A stretch of 64,000 nt of DNA from Octopus vulgaris (Eukaryota). This document shows, one piece after another, positions 13,721 through 25,243 of this stretch. The position numbers were made by a program, and so were the translations under genes. A model generated the notes under the pieces. The model worked only from the letters and a program-made list of their open reading frames with translations. It was not told the DNA's origin and made no database searches. The first letter of the stretch is position 1. Each line of letters starts with the position of its first letter. Location of the stretch: NCBI GenBank assembly GCA_951406725.2, contig OX597818.1, positions 137,578,001 through 137,642,000 on the forward strand, in the 5' to 3' direction.

Positions 13721-13935
13721 TGCGTGCTTTTGTGGTTACGCTGTTGCCCGCCTGATTATAAGGTTGTGGTTTCGATTCCTGAATCAGGTAGTGCATTTTG
13801 TTCTTGAGCAAAACACTTTATTTCACATTGCTTCAGTCCACTCAGGTGACAAAAATGACTACTCATTCAATTGATTGGCGTCCCGTCCAAGTGGGAAATT
13901 TACACACAACAAAATCGGGAATGACGGCATCTTTA
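13720..13935 (+). mobile_element. Old tRNA-headed CORE-like SINE
   Basis: Box-B-like ggtttcgattcc followed by cttgagcaaaacactttatttcacattgc. Confidence 0.6.
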
Positions 13936-14027
13936 TATGCATGTATGTATGTATCCACGTATATATGTAAATATATATATATGCATATATATTATATATA
14001 TATATAGATATTAGATATATGTATATA

Positions 14028-14072
<45 letters not shown>

Positions 14073-14076
<4 letters not shown>

Positions 14077-14580
14077 GTATATTAAAAATTATTAATAAAA
14101 TCCATATTCCTTTTACAAATTTATTGAAACAAATGATACATGTTCTATATTACATGGGAAAATGACAATAGATCTTCAGATTTCAACGTAAGTACCGATC
14201 GCGTTAACTAGTTTCTTCAAAGGGCCAGGGATAGAATGAATAACATGATCGAGTATCCCATCTGGCATATTACTGAGAACCTCCTGATTCCATGTCTTCA
14301 AGTCCTCTAGTGTGCGAGGTTTTGTCTTCTACACCTCTTTTGTGTAACCCCCACAGGTAAACGTCAGTTGGAGTAATATCTGGACTTCTTGGGGCTCTGG
14401 ACCTCTGGAAACCTGCGGTCACAGTCTTCAAGTTTTAGCTCCTGCACGAATGGGGTTTCCGCGGACGAAAATTGAATCCTTTATGCAACACCGTATGTAT
14501 TGCTTGCCTTGTTAGTTCACTTTCACGAACTGCTTAACGTGTTGACTTTAGCGGGCTACGATTAAACATTTCCTGCACAT
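14073..14580 (-). pseudogene. Internally deleted mariner-like transposase relic (same family as 28241-28990)
   Basis: Minus strand encodes RSPDITPTDVYLWGYTKE...KPRTLEDLK and shares long identity with 28241-28730. Confidence 0.75.
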
Positions 14581-14606
14581 TATATATATATATATTATTT
14601 ACATTA

Positions 14607-14672
<66 letters not shown>

Positions 14673-14769
14673 ATCCAAACATGAAAACACAAAGAGAAAA
14701 CACAACAACGCGAGGACGTGGAACAAGTATAGTATTATTGGACGCTCAGGAAAGAAGGAAAGAAGGAGG

Positions 14770-14804
14770 GTTTAACGTTTCGAGCGGAGCTCTTCGTCAG
14801 AAAC
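14770..14804 (-). ncRNA. Minimal type-I hammerhead ribozyme motif
   Basis: Minus strand gttt-CTGACGA-a gagc tcc gctc-GAAA-cgt-TA-aac; palindromic AACGTT stem III typical of dimer-forming minimal HHRs. Confidence 0.7.
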
Positions 14805-15125
14805 ACAGGAAAAGGAAAGATCCAAAGAAGAGAAGATGGAGGAAAAAAATCGCCAACGGTACACACGCGGTCACATTTTGAATTCTGCGGTCACAGTCTT
14901 CAAGTTTAGCTAGCTAGATAGATAGATATAGATATAGATATATACATACATATATATATATGCATGTACGAGTGAATAGACAAACAAAAGATAGGGGACT
15001 CAATACATAGATAGGGAATTACATGTATAGATAGAAAGAGTTTGATTGAGAATCCTTAGTACTTGAGACGCAGAGTAGATAGATAAATAAATCAAACTAG
15101 CTTTGATCTATATGTGTATATATAC

Positions 15126-15187
<62 letters not shown>

Positions 15188-15252
15188 CCTCTCTAGCAGT
15201 ATATTGGATATATGTATATCCCATGGTGGGTTGAATTTTCTTGAACCTATCT

Positions 15253-15309
<57 letters not shown>

Positions 15310-15682
15310 TATGTGTGTGGGAGGTGTATTTGCGCGCGCGTTTGTTAATAATCGCTAGATTCCGCTCCATATGAATGAAAGTTTCGGATGCTTCATGTAT
15401 GAGAATATATTGAGAATATGTTTTTATCAGTTGAAACATATGTTGCAGGACTCATATGTTGGGACGAGCTGATAAATATATATACTATGCCAAAAGCTGG
15501 TACTCTACGCATACATTCGCCTGATGTTGGGCAGTTTACGACTGTTATGAAGAACTCAATTCGTACAGACGCTCAACTCTTACTATTATCTGCACTCACG
15601 TGTGCCGCACAGTTCCCAGGTATATATGTACATGGATGCGTGCTTTTGCATGCGTGTGTGTCTATGCATATGTATGTATTTT

Positions 15683-16070
15683 GTGGAGGCGCAATGGCCC
15701 AGTGGTTAGGGCAGCGGACTCGCGGTCATAGGATCGCGGTTTCGATTCCCAGACCGGCGTTGTGAGTGTTTTTTGTGCGAAAACACCTAAATCTCCACGA
15801 GGCTCCGGCAGGGGATGGTGGTGATCCCTGCTGTACTCTTTCACCACAACTTTCTCTCACTCTTACTTCCTGTTTCCGTTGTACCTGTATTTCAAAGGGC
15901 CGGCCTTGTCACTCTCTGTGTCACGCTGAATATCCCCGAGAACTACGTTAAGGATACACGTGCATGTGGAGTGCTCAGCCACTTACACGTTAATTTCACG
16001 AGCAGGCTGTTCCGTTGATTCGGATCAATCGGAACCCTCGTCGTCGTAACCGACGGAGTGCTTCTCTCTC
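15683..16070 (+). mobile_element. Full-length tRNA-derived SINE (family B) with 12-bp TSD
   Basis: A/B-box head ggaggcgcaatggcccagtggttagggcagcggactcg...ggtttcgattcc; TSD TGTATGTATTTT at 15671-15682 and 16071-16082; near-identical copy at 56236-56618. Confidence 0.9.
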
Positions 16071-16616
16071 TGTATGTATTTTAATGTATGTATGTATGTG
16101 TAAGCCATATGGTTCAGTTAATGTTCAATTGTACGAAGCTGCATTAGAAATATGTAGAGCATATCCTAATGGTATATACATAACAACATCAACCCATGTA
16201 TATAAGAGCGTGTATGTCTGCGTGCGTTAGTGTATGTTTGTGACTGTGTTTTCATTAGTCTTACAGTTGCAGTGTTTTTAGTACATACATATTTATCACT
16301 CTGAAGGTATTGTTTCGTGTTTAGTTCTAATAATATCGATAAGCTTTTTTGTTAAGCAACGGAGCAAGACCGCGCTTTTATTTCTCTTTGTTTACCCTCC
16401 ATCTTTCCCAGTATTTCAACGCACACTATAATCTTACGAGACCGTAGTCAGGCAAGCATATACTTAACCATGTTGCATTGCTAATAATCTACTAATAAGA
16501 ATAAAGAAACTTATCAGCTCTACCTCGTATTAAATATTGATACTATAACACGTGTTTAGTAATTCAATTGGAACTTGTTCGGATATTTTTTAACAAAACT
16601 AATGAATAAACTTATA

Positions 16617-16659
<43 letters not shown>

Positions 16660-17419
16660 ATATATATATATATATATATACGTTTGTATTTAGGTATATC
16701 TGTGTGTGTATAGCGGTATGACTGTCATACTTAAAAGCGAATCCCCTTTTCCCCTACCCACCAAAACAAATCCAGGGTTGAACGAGTGCGCGTGTGACAG
16801 TTATAGAAACGAGGTCAATAAAAATAAAGGAAAAACAAATAAACAAAAATATATACATACAAATATGACTAAAAAAAATGGAGGCAACAACGACCATCAC
16901 AACAAATAAAAAACAACAAATCAATCACTATGTGATGTCCATAATATTAAAGGAGAAAAAGAGTTGATTTGCGCTAAGTTAAATTGTCACAATATCAATC
17001 TGAAAATATGTACTTTATGGCCAGTAACTTTCATTAACACCATTCACTACTGAGAAATGAGGAATTAAGCTCATGCTGACCCAATTCTACGAAGCTGCTT
17101 TGAATTTCCTTTGATGTTGGTTCTTTGTTTAATGAGTAAAGAAGCATGAACGTAAATTCCCAACCCCGTCCCTAAAATACTGAATATTTCTCCCTAATCG
17201 TCCCTACCCTCTATCAAAAGTAATTATTTAATAGTTAAGATGATATTAGCATATTCAATGAAGAGCGAATTTTAAAATCTACGTATGTGGTTAGGGATAA
17301 ATTGAAAAAAAAAAAGCAAGAAAGCAATATTGGTCGAGGATTAATATTGTTTTATTTTGATAGGTACAAGAGACAATTTCGGATGTATTTACGTGGAAAT
17401 TATTACCTTATCACAGGGT

Positions 17420-18150
17420 AGCAAGCAGGTAGAAACGTTAGTGTATCGGGAAAAAGCTTCGCACCATTTCTTCCGGCTTTACGTTCAGATTTCAAATATC
17501 ACCGAGGTTGACTTTGTCTTTCAGTCTTCCTTTAGCGGTCGATAAAATAAGTACCAGCTGAACACTGGGGTCCATCAAATCGACTAGACCCCCACCCGCC
17601 AAATTCCAGGTGAGCAAAAAGATTCATTAACTTACCTGAAGGTGGCAAACAAGTAGAGTCATTAATGCTTGGTGGCAATTCTTCCGGCATTTTACGTTTT
17701 GAGTTCAAATTCCGCCATACTCAGCTTTGCCTTAAAAATCATTTCCAGGTTGATAAAATAAGCTCTAGCTAAGTCCTAGTTCGATATAACTGACTAAAAG
17801 TCTCCCCAAAAGTTTCAAGAAACAATACCACATTAGAAGTCGGCGAGTTGATAAAATTTATTCTTTCAGGGTCGATAAAATAAGTACCACTTAAGTACTG
17901 GGATCGATGTAACCGATTTACACTCTCCTTTAAAATTCCTGGCTGTTTGCCAAAACTCCAAACCATTTAAGTCTGTGAGCTGGCAGAAACGTTAGCATGC
18001 CGGGCGAAATGCTTAGGGAAGTTTCGTCTGTCTTTGTGTTCTGAGTTCAAATTCCGCCGAGGTTGACTTAAGTACCATTTGCGTGCTGGGGTCGATCTAA
18101 TTGACTGGCTACCACCCCAAAAATTTCGGGCCTTGTGCCTAGAGAAGAAA
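17420..18150 (+). mobile_element. Cluster of about four diverged Nin/Deu-domain SINE copies
   Basis: Repeated gttcaaattccgccgaggttgactt...gggtcgataaaataagtacca...ctggggtcgat modules. Confidence 0.7.
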
Positions 18151-18358
18151 AGAATCGTTACCGCTCCGTACAAGTTGCTTCGCGTCGTCTCTTCCCGTTT
18201 TACGCTCCGAATACTAATTCCGTAGAAACCATTATTTAAATCATATCTAAAACTATTATTACTTTATGAGTAAGGCATAAATTTAAACGGGTATGTTGAA
18301 GTAGGGATCGAATAATCATTCAGTAAATATATCACATTGTACATTGCTTGGTCTAGAA

Positions 18359-18544
18359 CATTGCTCCCCAACAGGTATGCTTCGGCATATTGGTGTAACA
18401 CGAGACGATGCTAGGTGTGCCCCAATGTAACCTGAATATAATTTTTTTCCTTATACTTGTAGTTATATTTTGAATTCAGGTGTACCGTCGAATTTTGAAA
18501 AGAATATACGTATACCGCAAGTGAAAAAATGTTGCAGAGAACTG
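18359..18544. mobile_element. hAT/Charlie-type MITE with 8-bp TSD
   Basis: Flanked by identical GTCTAGAA (18351-18358, 18545-18552), matching the nTCTAGAn target of Charlie hATs; CA...TG ends with degenerate TIRs. Confidence 0.8.
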
Positions 18545-18614
18545 GTCTAGAAAACTCGAACTATTGAGAGAAAGGCAGACAGACAGACAGATAAATAGAT
18601 AGACAGACAGACAG

Positions 18615-18708
<94 letters not shown>

Positions 18709-19060
18709 GATTTATAGTGTAATCCATAAATTGGTAGGTAGATACAGATTGATATATATAGGTTGAATAAAAAAAAATAAAATCAGTTATTGGAGGTTAA
18801 TCTATTTATTGAACCAAAGAGGACGACCAGCAAGATTGACTTCGAGAGGATTTGAACCCAGAGTGCAGAGATATCAACTTAGTTTCTTTAAAACGACACA
18901 TTATCATCTAACAAAGGAAAGGGCACATAGTATAATACAGTCATAGAAATACGATAAGATGACACCGGCTTTCCAAATGTTTGAACTACAAGTTTGTCTG
19001 AACAGAGGTGCTGTGAAACTAGAAAATAAACGGAAGTTTAATCCAGAGTCAATGAATGAC

Positions 19061-19134
<74 letters not shown>

Positions 19135-20021
19135 GCGTTATCTGCCTATCTATCTATCTATCTATCTATATATATATATATATCTATCTATTTATCTATC
19201 TATTTGTGTGTGTGGTTATGTGTGTGTGCATGCATGCATGCGGGTGTGTGTGTGTGTGTATTTATATATGTATATGAGAGGTCAGTTCACAAGGCCATGT
19301 CACCGAAAATTTCGTGCAGAAAGGTCCCATGTTATATTGAAATAAAAGATAAACCCATCGATTAGCATTCTTTCTCACAACTTGCAAAAACAACAACTTC
19401 TATTATTTAAAAATATATTAACAAAGCACTGTAACTATATTTTGTATACATGTATGGGCGGATGCGGCTTTGATATTAGTCTCAAATGCTTTAGAGGCAT
19501 AAATGAAAAGAAATAATTTCAAAAATAGATCAGATGAGATCAGTGTCCGAGAACAATATATATTCCATCCTATACAATTATAGTAATGAATATATAAGTG
19601 AAATGAGCGCCGCCAACGCCCGCCTAAGAGCAAGAACAAGGGGACAGCATGAAAATCCTAATCCGTAGAGAGAGGAAAAAAATCAGGCATGTTTGATTAT
19701 TTGTAGGGATAAAATGGAAGTCATCGACCCTTGGAGGACAACGTCAAAATCATGTAGAGGAAAGGTCACTGGAAGATAAGACAGCCGTAAATATTAGCTG
19801 GGTTTTGATAAGCACCTCAGTTAACTTAATACATATATAAATATCATTTGGGAGTCTTTAATTAAGACAGAGCATTAAGCCGACGATAAAAAGTGTAGGA
19901 TGAAAGCTTCTAATTTTCCGCAGCTAATTGCACTACGGGACGATGATATAGGCAATATAAGCATTGATTAAGTGTTGTATAGTTCACTTAGATGGCGTGA
20001 GTTTAATTCCTGAGTCAAAGA

Positions 20022-20092
<71 letters not shown>

Positions 20093-20097
20093 CATCC

Positions 20098-20159
<62 letters not shown>

Positions 20160-20499
20160 AGTCACTATGAAGGTATTTAAACCTCTTGTAAGGATATTTC
20201 TATCCAAGATACACTGGTTTAACATATTGTATTTTGAAGGGAGATTTCTTCAATGAATATATTATATAAAATATTGTAAAATATCAAATATTAATATCAA
20301 GTTGAAAACAGAGTATCTAATGGTGCACAAAGGACAATGGCTTCACATCCAAGGTATTTTAAAATGCAAAATTATGTATTTCTATATACTTTGTAGTTTT
20401 AATTTTGAATGAGAAATAAAACAATTGCAGGTGAATATGTTAATTAATTGATAAATTAATTTGTACCCATTAGATCACTCTGTTTTCAAATTTAATAAT

Positions 20500-20557
<58 letters not shown>

Positions 20558-20660
20558 AGTGTGTGTGTGTGTCGATTATATATATATATATACATATACA
20601 TACATATGCTTATACATATATCTATTTATCTATTCATCTTCATCTCTCTCTCTCTTTCTC

Positions 20661-20743
<83 letters not shown>

Positions 20744-20798
20744 GTGTGTGTGTCGATTTATATATATATATGAATATACATACATATGCTTATATATA

Positions 20799-20829
<31 letters not shown>

Positions 20830-21095
20830 CGAGTGAGTGTAGGAAATGTCATGAGCCTCATATAAATATATACGAGGAGTGTATGAAATGGCATGAGACT
20901 CAAAAAAAGCTCTAAGGCCTTGAAGGCTCAAAACTTCATACATCCCCCGTAGGTGTGACTTTATGGGAAGAAGCTTGCTTAGTAACCACATGGTTCCGAT
21001 TCAATGCGTCTGCATAGTACCTTGGCCTTCTACTCTAGCCTAGGGCCCACCAGAGACTTGTGATTTGGTAGAAGGAAACTGAAAGAGGTCTGTCG

Positions 21096-21159
<64 letters not shown>

Positions 21160-21161
21160 TA

Positions 21162-21321
21162 CAGGCGCTGAAGTGGCTGTGTGGTAAGTGCTTGCTTACC
21201 AACCACATTGTTCCGTGTTCAGTCCGACTGCGTGGCACCTTGGACAAGTGCCTTCTACTATAGCCTCAGGCCGACTAAAGCTTGTGAGTGGATTTGTTAG
21301 ACGGAAACTGAAAGAAGCCCG

Positions 21322-21381
<60 letters not shown>

Positions 21382-21651
21382 ATGTGCGTGTGTGTGTGTG
21401 TGTGTGCGTGTGTGCGTGTATCTTTGTGTGTCTGTTTGTCCCCCCATCATCGCTTGACAATCGATGCTGATGTTTTTACGTACCCGTAACTTAGCAGTTC
21501 GGCAACAGAGAGAGAGAGAGAGAGAGGAAATATAGAATAAGTACTAGGCATACAAAGAATAAGTCCTGGGGTGGATTCATTCGACAAAAAAATTCTTTAA
21601 GGCGGTGCTCTGGCATGGTCAAATAACTAAAGCAAGTAAAAGAGTAAGAGA

Positions 21652-21652
<1 letters not shown>
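21162..21652 (+). mobile_element. Full SINE family A copy with expanded internal microsatellites
   Basis: tRNA-like head aggcgctgaagtggctgtgtggtaag...ttcagtcc, CORE-like ccttggacaagtg, internal (TA)n(TG)n and (AG)n, tail aagtaaaagag. Confidence 0.85.
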
Positions 21653-21686
<34 letters not shown>

Positions 21687-21691
<5 letters not shown>

Positions 21692-21842
21692 TTTAAGCAG
21701 CAGAAAATTCAACAAAATCTGTTACTCTGAGTTTCTCGTTGCCGTTCATCAGACAGTTTTTGCTAGCAAAAACTGTCTGATGAACGGCAACGAGAAACTC
21801 AGAGTAACAGATTTTGTTGAATTTTCTGCTGCTTAAAATAAA
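21687..21842. repeat. Perfect 156-bp palindrome adjoining (TA)n
   Basis: Arms are exact reverse complements around ...tttttgctagcaaaaa... (centre 21764/21765). Confidence 0.95.
21773..21810 (+). ncRNA. Minimal type-I hammerhead ribozyme motif (mirror copy on minus strand at 21719-21756)
   Basis: ctgt-CTGATGA-acg gcaa cga-GAAA-ctc a gag-TA-acag; canonical core, stem II has one mismatch. Confidence 0.75.
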
Positions 21843-21912
21843 GCATATTACTCTACCACTGGTATTTGAGTACTCTTTTTTCCACCTTGTTTCACATTTA
21901 TGTGTTTACTCC

Positions 21913-21946
<34 letters not shown>

Positions 21947-22126
21947 AAAAGTCGGGATGCGTGTCGTTCAGTTATTCCATAAATGAAATATGCATTAAAA
22001 TAACACTACGAAGTTCCTAGTCTTATCGTCATAGGTATGAAACTAAACATTAGTATTAACGAAGTACAAGGGTTCTGTGTGTGTGTCCTAAGTGTATGTT
22101 TCGTAGTATTTAATGGGTCTTTCATT

Positions 22127-22198
<72 letters not shown>

Positions 22199-22376
22199 TA
22201 TATATATATATGGGTGTGTGTGATTGTGTATAGAAAGAATATATTAATAAAAAGAATTCCAACCTTGTCTGATTTTCACGTTTTATTTACAATCTTATAA
22301 TGATATATTATAAGATAATATATTATAATTGAATAAAATAAAATGAAATAGTAGAATGTTAAATATTCATTCTGAT

Positions 22377-22421
22377 TGAACTAGTACTTTCATGCATTGA
22401 ATTCTGCAATCTTCGGGTTCA
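22377..22421 (-). ncRNA. Hammerhead ribozyme motif in the PLE 3' pseudo-LTR (C4 core)
   Basis: Minus strand tgaac-CCGAAGA-t tgca gaattcaa tgca t-GAAA-gtac-TA-gttca; palindromic GTAC stem III; expected location for a PLE HHR. Confidence 0.75.
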
Positions 22422-22479
22422 TGTAGTAGTGTTGACAGTCATGCTTCACAATTTTTGACTGTAGCAAGATGAGTGATTC

Positions 22480-22605
22480 TGTGCTATAAATACAGCTGGG
22501 TAGGCTCCAGAGTGCTAGGTTTTGCAAACTGTATTCTGACCAATCAGTGTGTAGTATCACTCAATTACTTAAGCTGATTGGTTGGTTGAGCTGATTGGTT
22601 TAGGC
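22480..22605 (-). promoter_or_regulatory. Putative pLTR promoter: three CCAATCAG boxes plus a TATA-like element upstream of the HHR
   Basis: accaatcag occurs twice on the minus strand and once on the plus strand; tatttatag follows on the minus strand. Confidence 0.5.
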
Positions 22606-22915
22606 ATCACGCTTTGTTGGACAGGTCAAGAGTCCTGTATCTTGACCCTGGCCGAAGCAGCAATTGTTGGGTTATTTTTAGAAATGTTGTAAATATCCTT
22701 TGTCAGAGATTTTTATATTTTTATATTTCAATTGTCATCATCATCATTGTCAGCACCTTAATTATTGTTGCTAGTGGTGATGGTGGTGGCAATAGAACTT
22801 TTAACCCTAAATAAGATAATTTTCCTGCTATCTTCGTCTTGATCACCTTTAGTATTGTTGTTGTTGTTAGTGGTCATGGTCGTAGCAGTGGAAGTAATAC
22901 CTCTAAGTATTATTA

Positions 22916-25243
22916 TTATTGCTTATTTAGCTTGGGTTCGAATTTATCAATAAAATTCTTTTCTCTGATTTTCCTCTCGATTTCACTTGGGCTGTGTAAT
23001 TTGTAGAATGGAAATATTATATATATTTTCCGACCACATGTTGCTAGGTGGTTACTCAAAGGTATCTGACGGACCTCTGGATCTCTAATCTGTTGCCGGT
23101 GTACACGTGAGCGTTCTAATAGTGCGTTTCCCGTCTGACCTACATATATTTCTTCACAATTTGGGCATTTGATGCAGTAAATTAAATTTCTGCTTTTGCA
23201 GTTCATATTCGCGTTTGTGAATATTTTCCCGGTTTTTGTGTTTATATATTGACCGGTATGTATGAATTGGCATGTGCCACATCGGCTATCATTGCATTTA
23301 GATACCGTGAATGTTTGGTCTTTGTTGCTGAGGTCAAATTTTGCCTTTGTTAGTAATGTTTTCAAGTTTTTAGGCTGTCTTTTACTAAGCACCATAGCTC
23401 GATCCTTGATTATGTCTTTTAATTCATTACTTTGGGCAATGATTGGTAGGTTTGCTTTGGCAATGTTGAAGATATTCTGGTGACATGGGTTGTGTGTCAC
23501 TATGAATGGTATGACTTGTTCTTGTTTTCCTCTTCCTTGGGTTGTCCTAAGTTGTTGTATAGGTATTTTTATAGCCCGCTGTATGCCATTTTCTATAAGT
23601 AGAGATGGGTATTTTTGTTTGAGCAAAAATTCTCTTAGTTCTATTAGGCGTTTGTTCCTGATATTTGCATCTTCTACAATAGTACAAATTCTTCTGGCTA
23701 GGCAGTATGGGATGTTACGTTTTGTATGTGGTGGATGGCACGACTTAAAATTTAGGTATTGATGTGTGTCTGTGTGTTTATAGTATATATCTGTGGTGAT
23801 GGTGGTGTCTTTTTTAATTACCATTATATCCAGGAATGGTAATTTGGTACTACTCATCTCCTTTGTAAATTTGAGAGATGGGTGTAGGTTGTTCAGGAGG
23901 ATATTGAACTCTTCCAGAGTATTTAGAGATTCTGTCCAGATTATGAAACAGTCGTCTAGGTATCTCTTCCATGCCTTTTCAATATACTTTCTAAATCCAG
24001 TGCCATAGTTTACCTCCACCTCTTGGTAGAGTTGTTCTTCTAAGTATCCCATTACAGAGTTGGCGTAAACGGGAGCAAACCTCGTTCCCATCGCCGTGCC
24101 TCTAATTTGGATGTAATTCTTTCCATTGAAGAAGAATGTGTTATTTTCTAGAATAAGTTTGACTGTGTCTAATATAAATGGCACTGTGAATCTGCTGGGA
24201 ATCACTTCTCTATGTTTTTCTAACCAGTATTTAATCGCCTTTATTCCTAAATCGTGTGGAATATTGGTGTAGAGTCTTACCACATCAAAACTTAGCAAAA
24301 CTGAATTTGTTTCTGTTGTTTTGGGAAGATGGGACAGGAAGTCGATGTCATCCCTGATGAAACTTGGTATGTAAGTACATAGTGGTTTCAAAACAATGTC
24401 AATAAAATTGCTTAGACGGTGTGTAGGGCATGCTGGACCAGCTATAATAGGTCTAAGTTTTAGGTCTTTTGGATGTAATAATTTTATGTACTCACTTTCT
24501 TGTTCTTTTACTGCCTGTTGAATGTTTTTTGATTTGTGTATTTTTGGTAAGCCGTAGAAGTTGCTGGGTTTTGGTTCAAAATTGGTGATGTAGTCTTTTT
24601 CATTATCCGTAAGTGAGTTGTGGTGTGTTGAAATCAGGTTGTTGATCTTTTTCATGATGTGGTGGTCTATATTTGCGGGTATTTCACAATAGAAGGTTGT
24701 ATCCTTCAGTTGGTCTTCAACCAAATCCTTATAGTATTCGGTATCCATAATAACAATTGCACCACCTTTATCTGCTTGTTTAATTATTATTGTTTGATCG
24801 TTTTGTATACGTTTACATGCAGACATCTCTGATTTGCTAATGTTTGGCCTAACATTGGTATTGCGTCTAAGGGGAAATTTAGACAGGATATCAATGTATT
24901 GGTCAAGGTAGTTATTTCTTCCTTTTGGTGGGGTGAAATTTGATTTATTCCTTACTAGGGATTCATCAATCTCATTACTTTTGTTAGCGAAGAATTCTAC
25001 AAGTCGTAATTTTCGACAGAATTTTTGGATATCCTCCTTTAATTCTTGGTGGTTGGCTGTTGGTGTAGGTGTGAATTTCAGTCCTTTTGACAGAAGTTGG
25101 ATTTCATCATTGTCAAGATCTCTTTTTGATAAATTAATTATTTTAGGATCTATACGTTCAGTTGTTTGGGGTATGTTTCCTCTTGGATTTTTTCTTTCTC
25201 CGGTGTTTGTTGTCCTGACGTAAAAAAATGGATTTTTTTCTGG
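22916..25243 (-). CDS. Penelope-like RT-GIY-YIG endonuclease polyprotein (open frame extends upstream of the annotated Met at 24826 to a stop near 25244)
   Basis: IINLS..LLSKGLKFTP, IKQADKGGAIV, FYGLPKIHK, LRPII, SFDVVRLYTNIP, RGTAMGT, WKRYLDD, LPFLD, CNDSRCGTC linker, NLIYCIKCPNCEEIYVGQT (GIY-YIG). Confidence 0.95.
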   Translation of the reverse strand, partial: PEKNPFFYVRTTNTGERKNPRGNIPQTTERIDPKIINLSKRDLDNDEIQLLSKGLKFTPTPTANHQELKEDIQKFCRKLRLVEFFANKSNEIDESLVRNKSNFTPPKGRNNYLDQYIDILSKFPLRRNTNVRPNISKSEMSACKRIQNDQTIIIKQADKGGAIVIMDTEYYKDLVEDQLKDTTFYCEIPANIDHHIMKKINNLISTHHNSLTDNEKDYITNFEPKPSNFYGLPKIHKSKNIQQAVKEQESEYIKLLHPKDLKLRPIIAGPACPTHRLSNFIDIVLKPLCTYIPSFIRDDIDFLSHLPKTTETNSVLLSFDVVRLYTNIPHDLGIKAIKYWLEKHREVIPSRFTVPFILDTVKLILENNTFFFNGKNYIQIRGTAMGTRFAPVYANSVMGYLEEQLYQEVEVNYGTGFRKYIEKAWKRYLDDCFIIWTESLNTLEEFNILLNNLHPSLKFTKEMSSTKLPFLDIMVIKKDTTITTDIYYKHTDTHQYLNFKSCHPPHTKRNIPYCLARRICTIVEDANIRNKRLIELREFLLKQKYPSLLIENGIQRAIKIPIQQLRTTQGRGKQEQVIPFIVTHNPCHQNIFNIAKANLPIIAQSNELKDIIKDRAMVLSKRQPKNLKTLLTKAKFDLSNKDQTFTVSKCNDSRCGTCQFIHTGQYINTKTGKIFTNANMNCKSRNLIYCIKCPNCEEIYVGQTGNALLERSRVHRQQIRDPEVRQIPLSNHLATCGRKIYIIFPFYKLHSPSEIERKIREKNFIDKFEPKLNKQ

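Noticed and set aside
15683-15765. tRNA-like sequences (also at 29692, 46917, 56540)
   Set aside because: These are SINE heads followed by body and tail, some with TSDs; the acceptor stem is not intact
22916-24826. Selenocysteine recoding as described for some Naiad PLEs
   Set aside because: No in-frame UGA in the ORF
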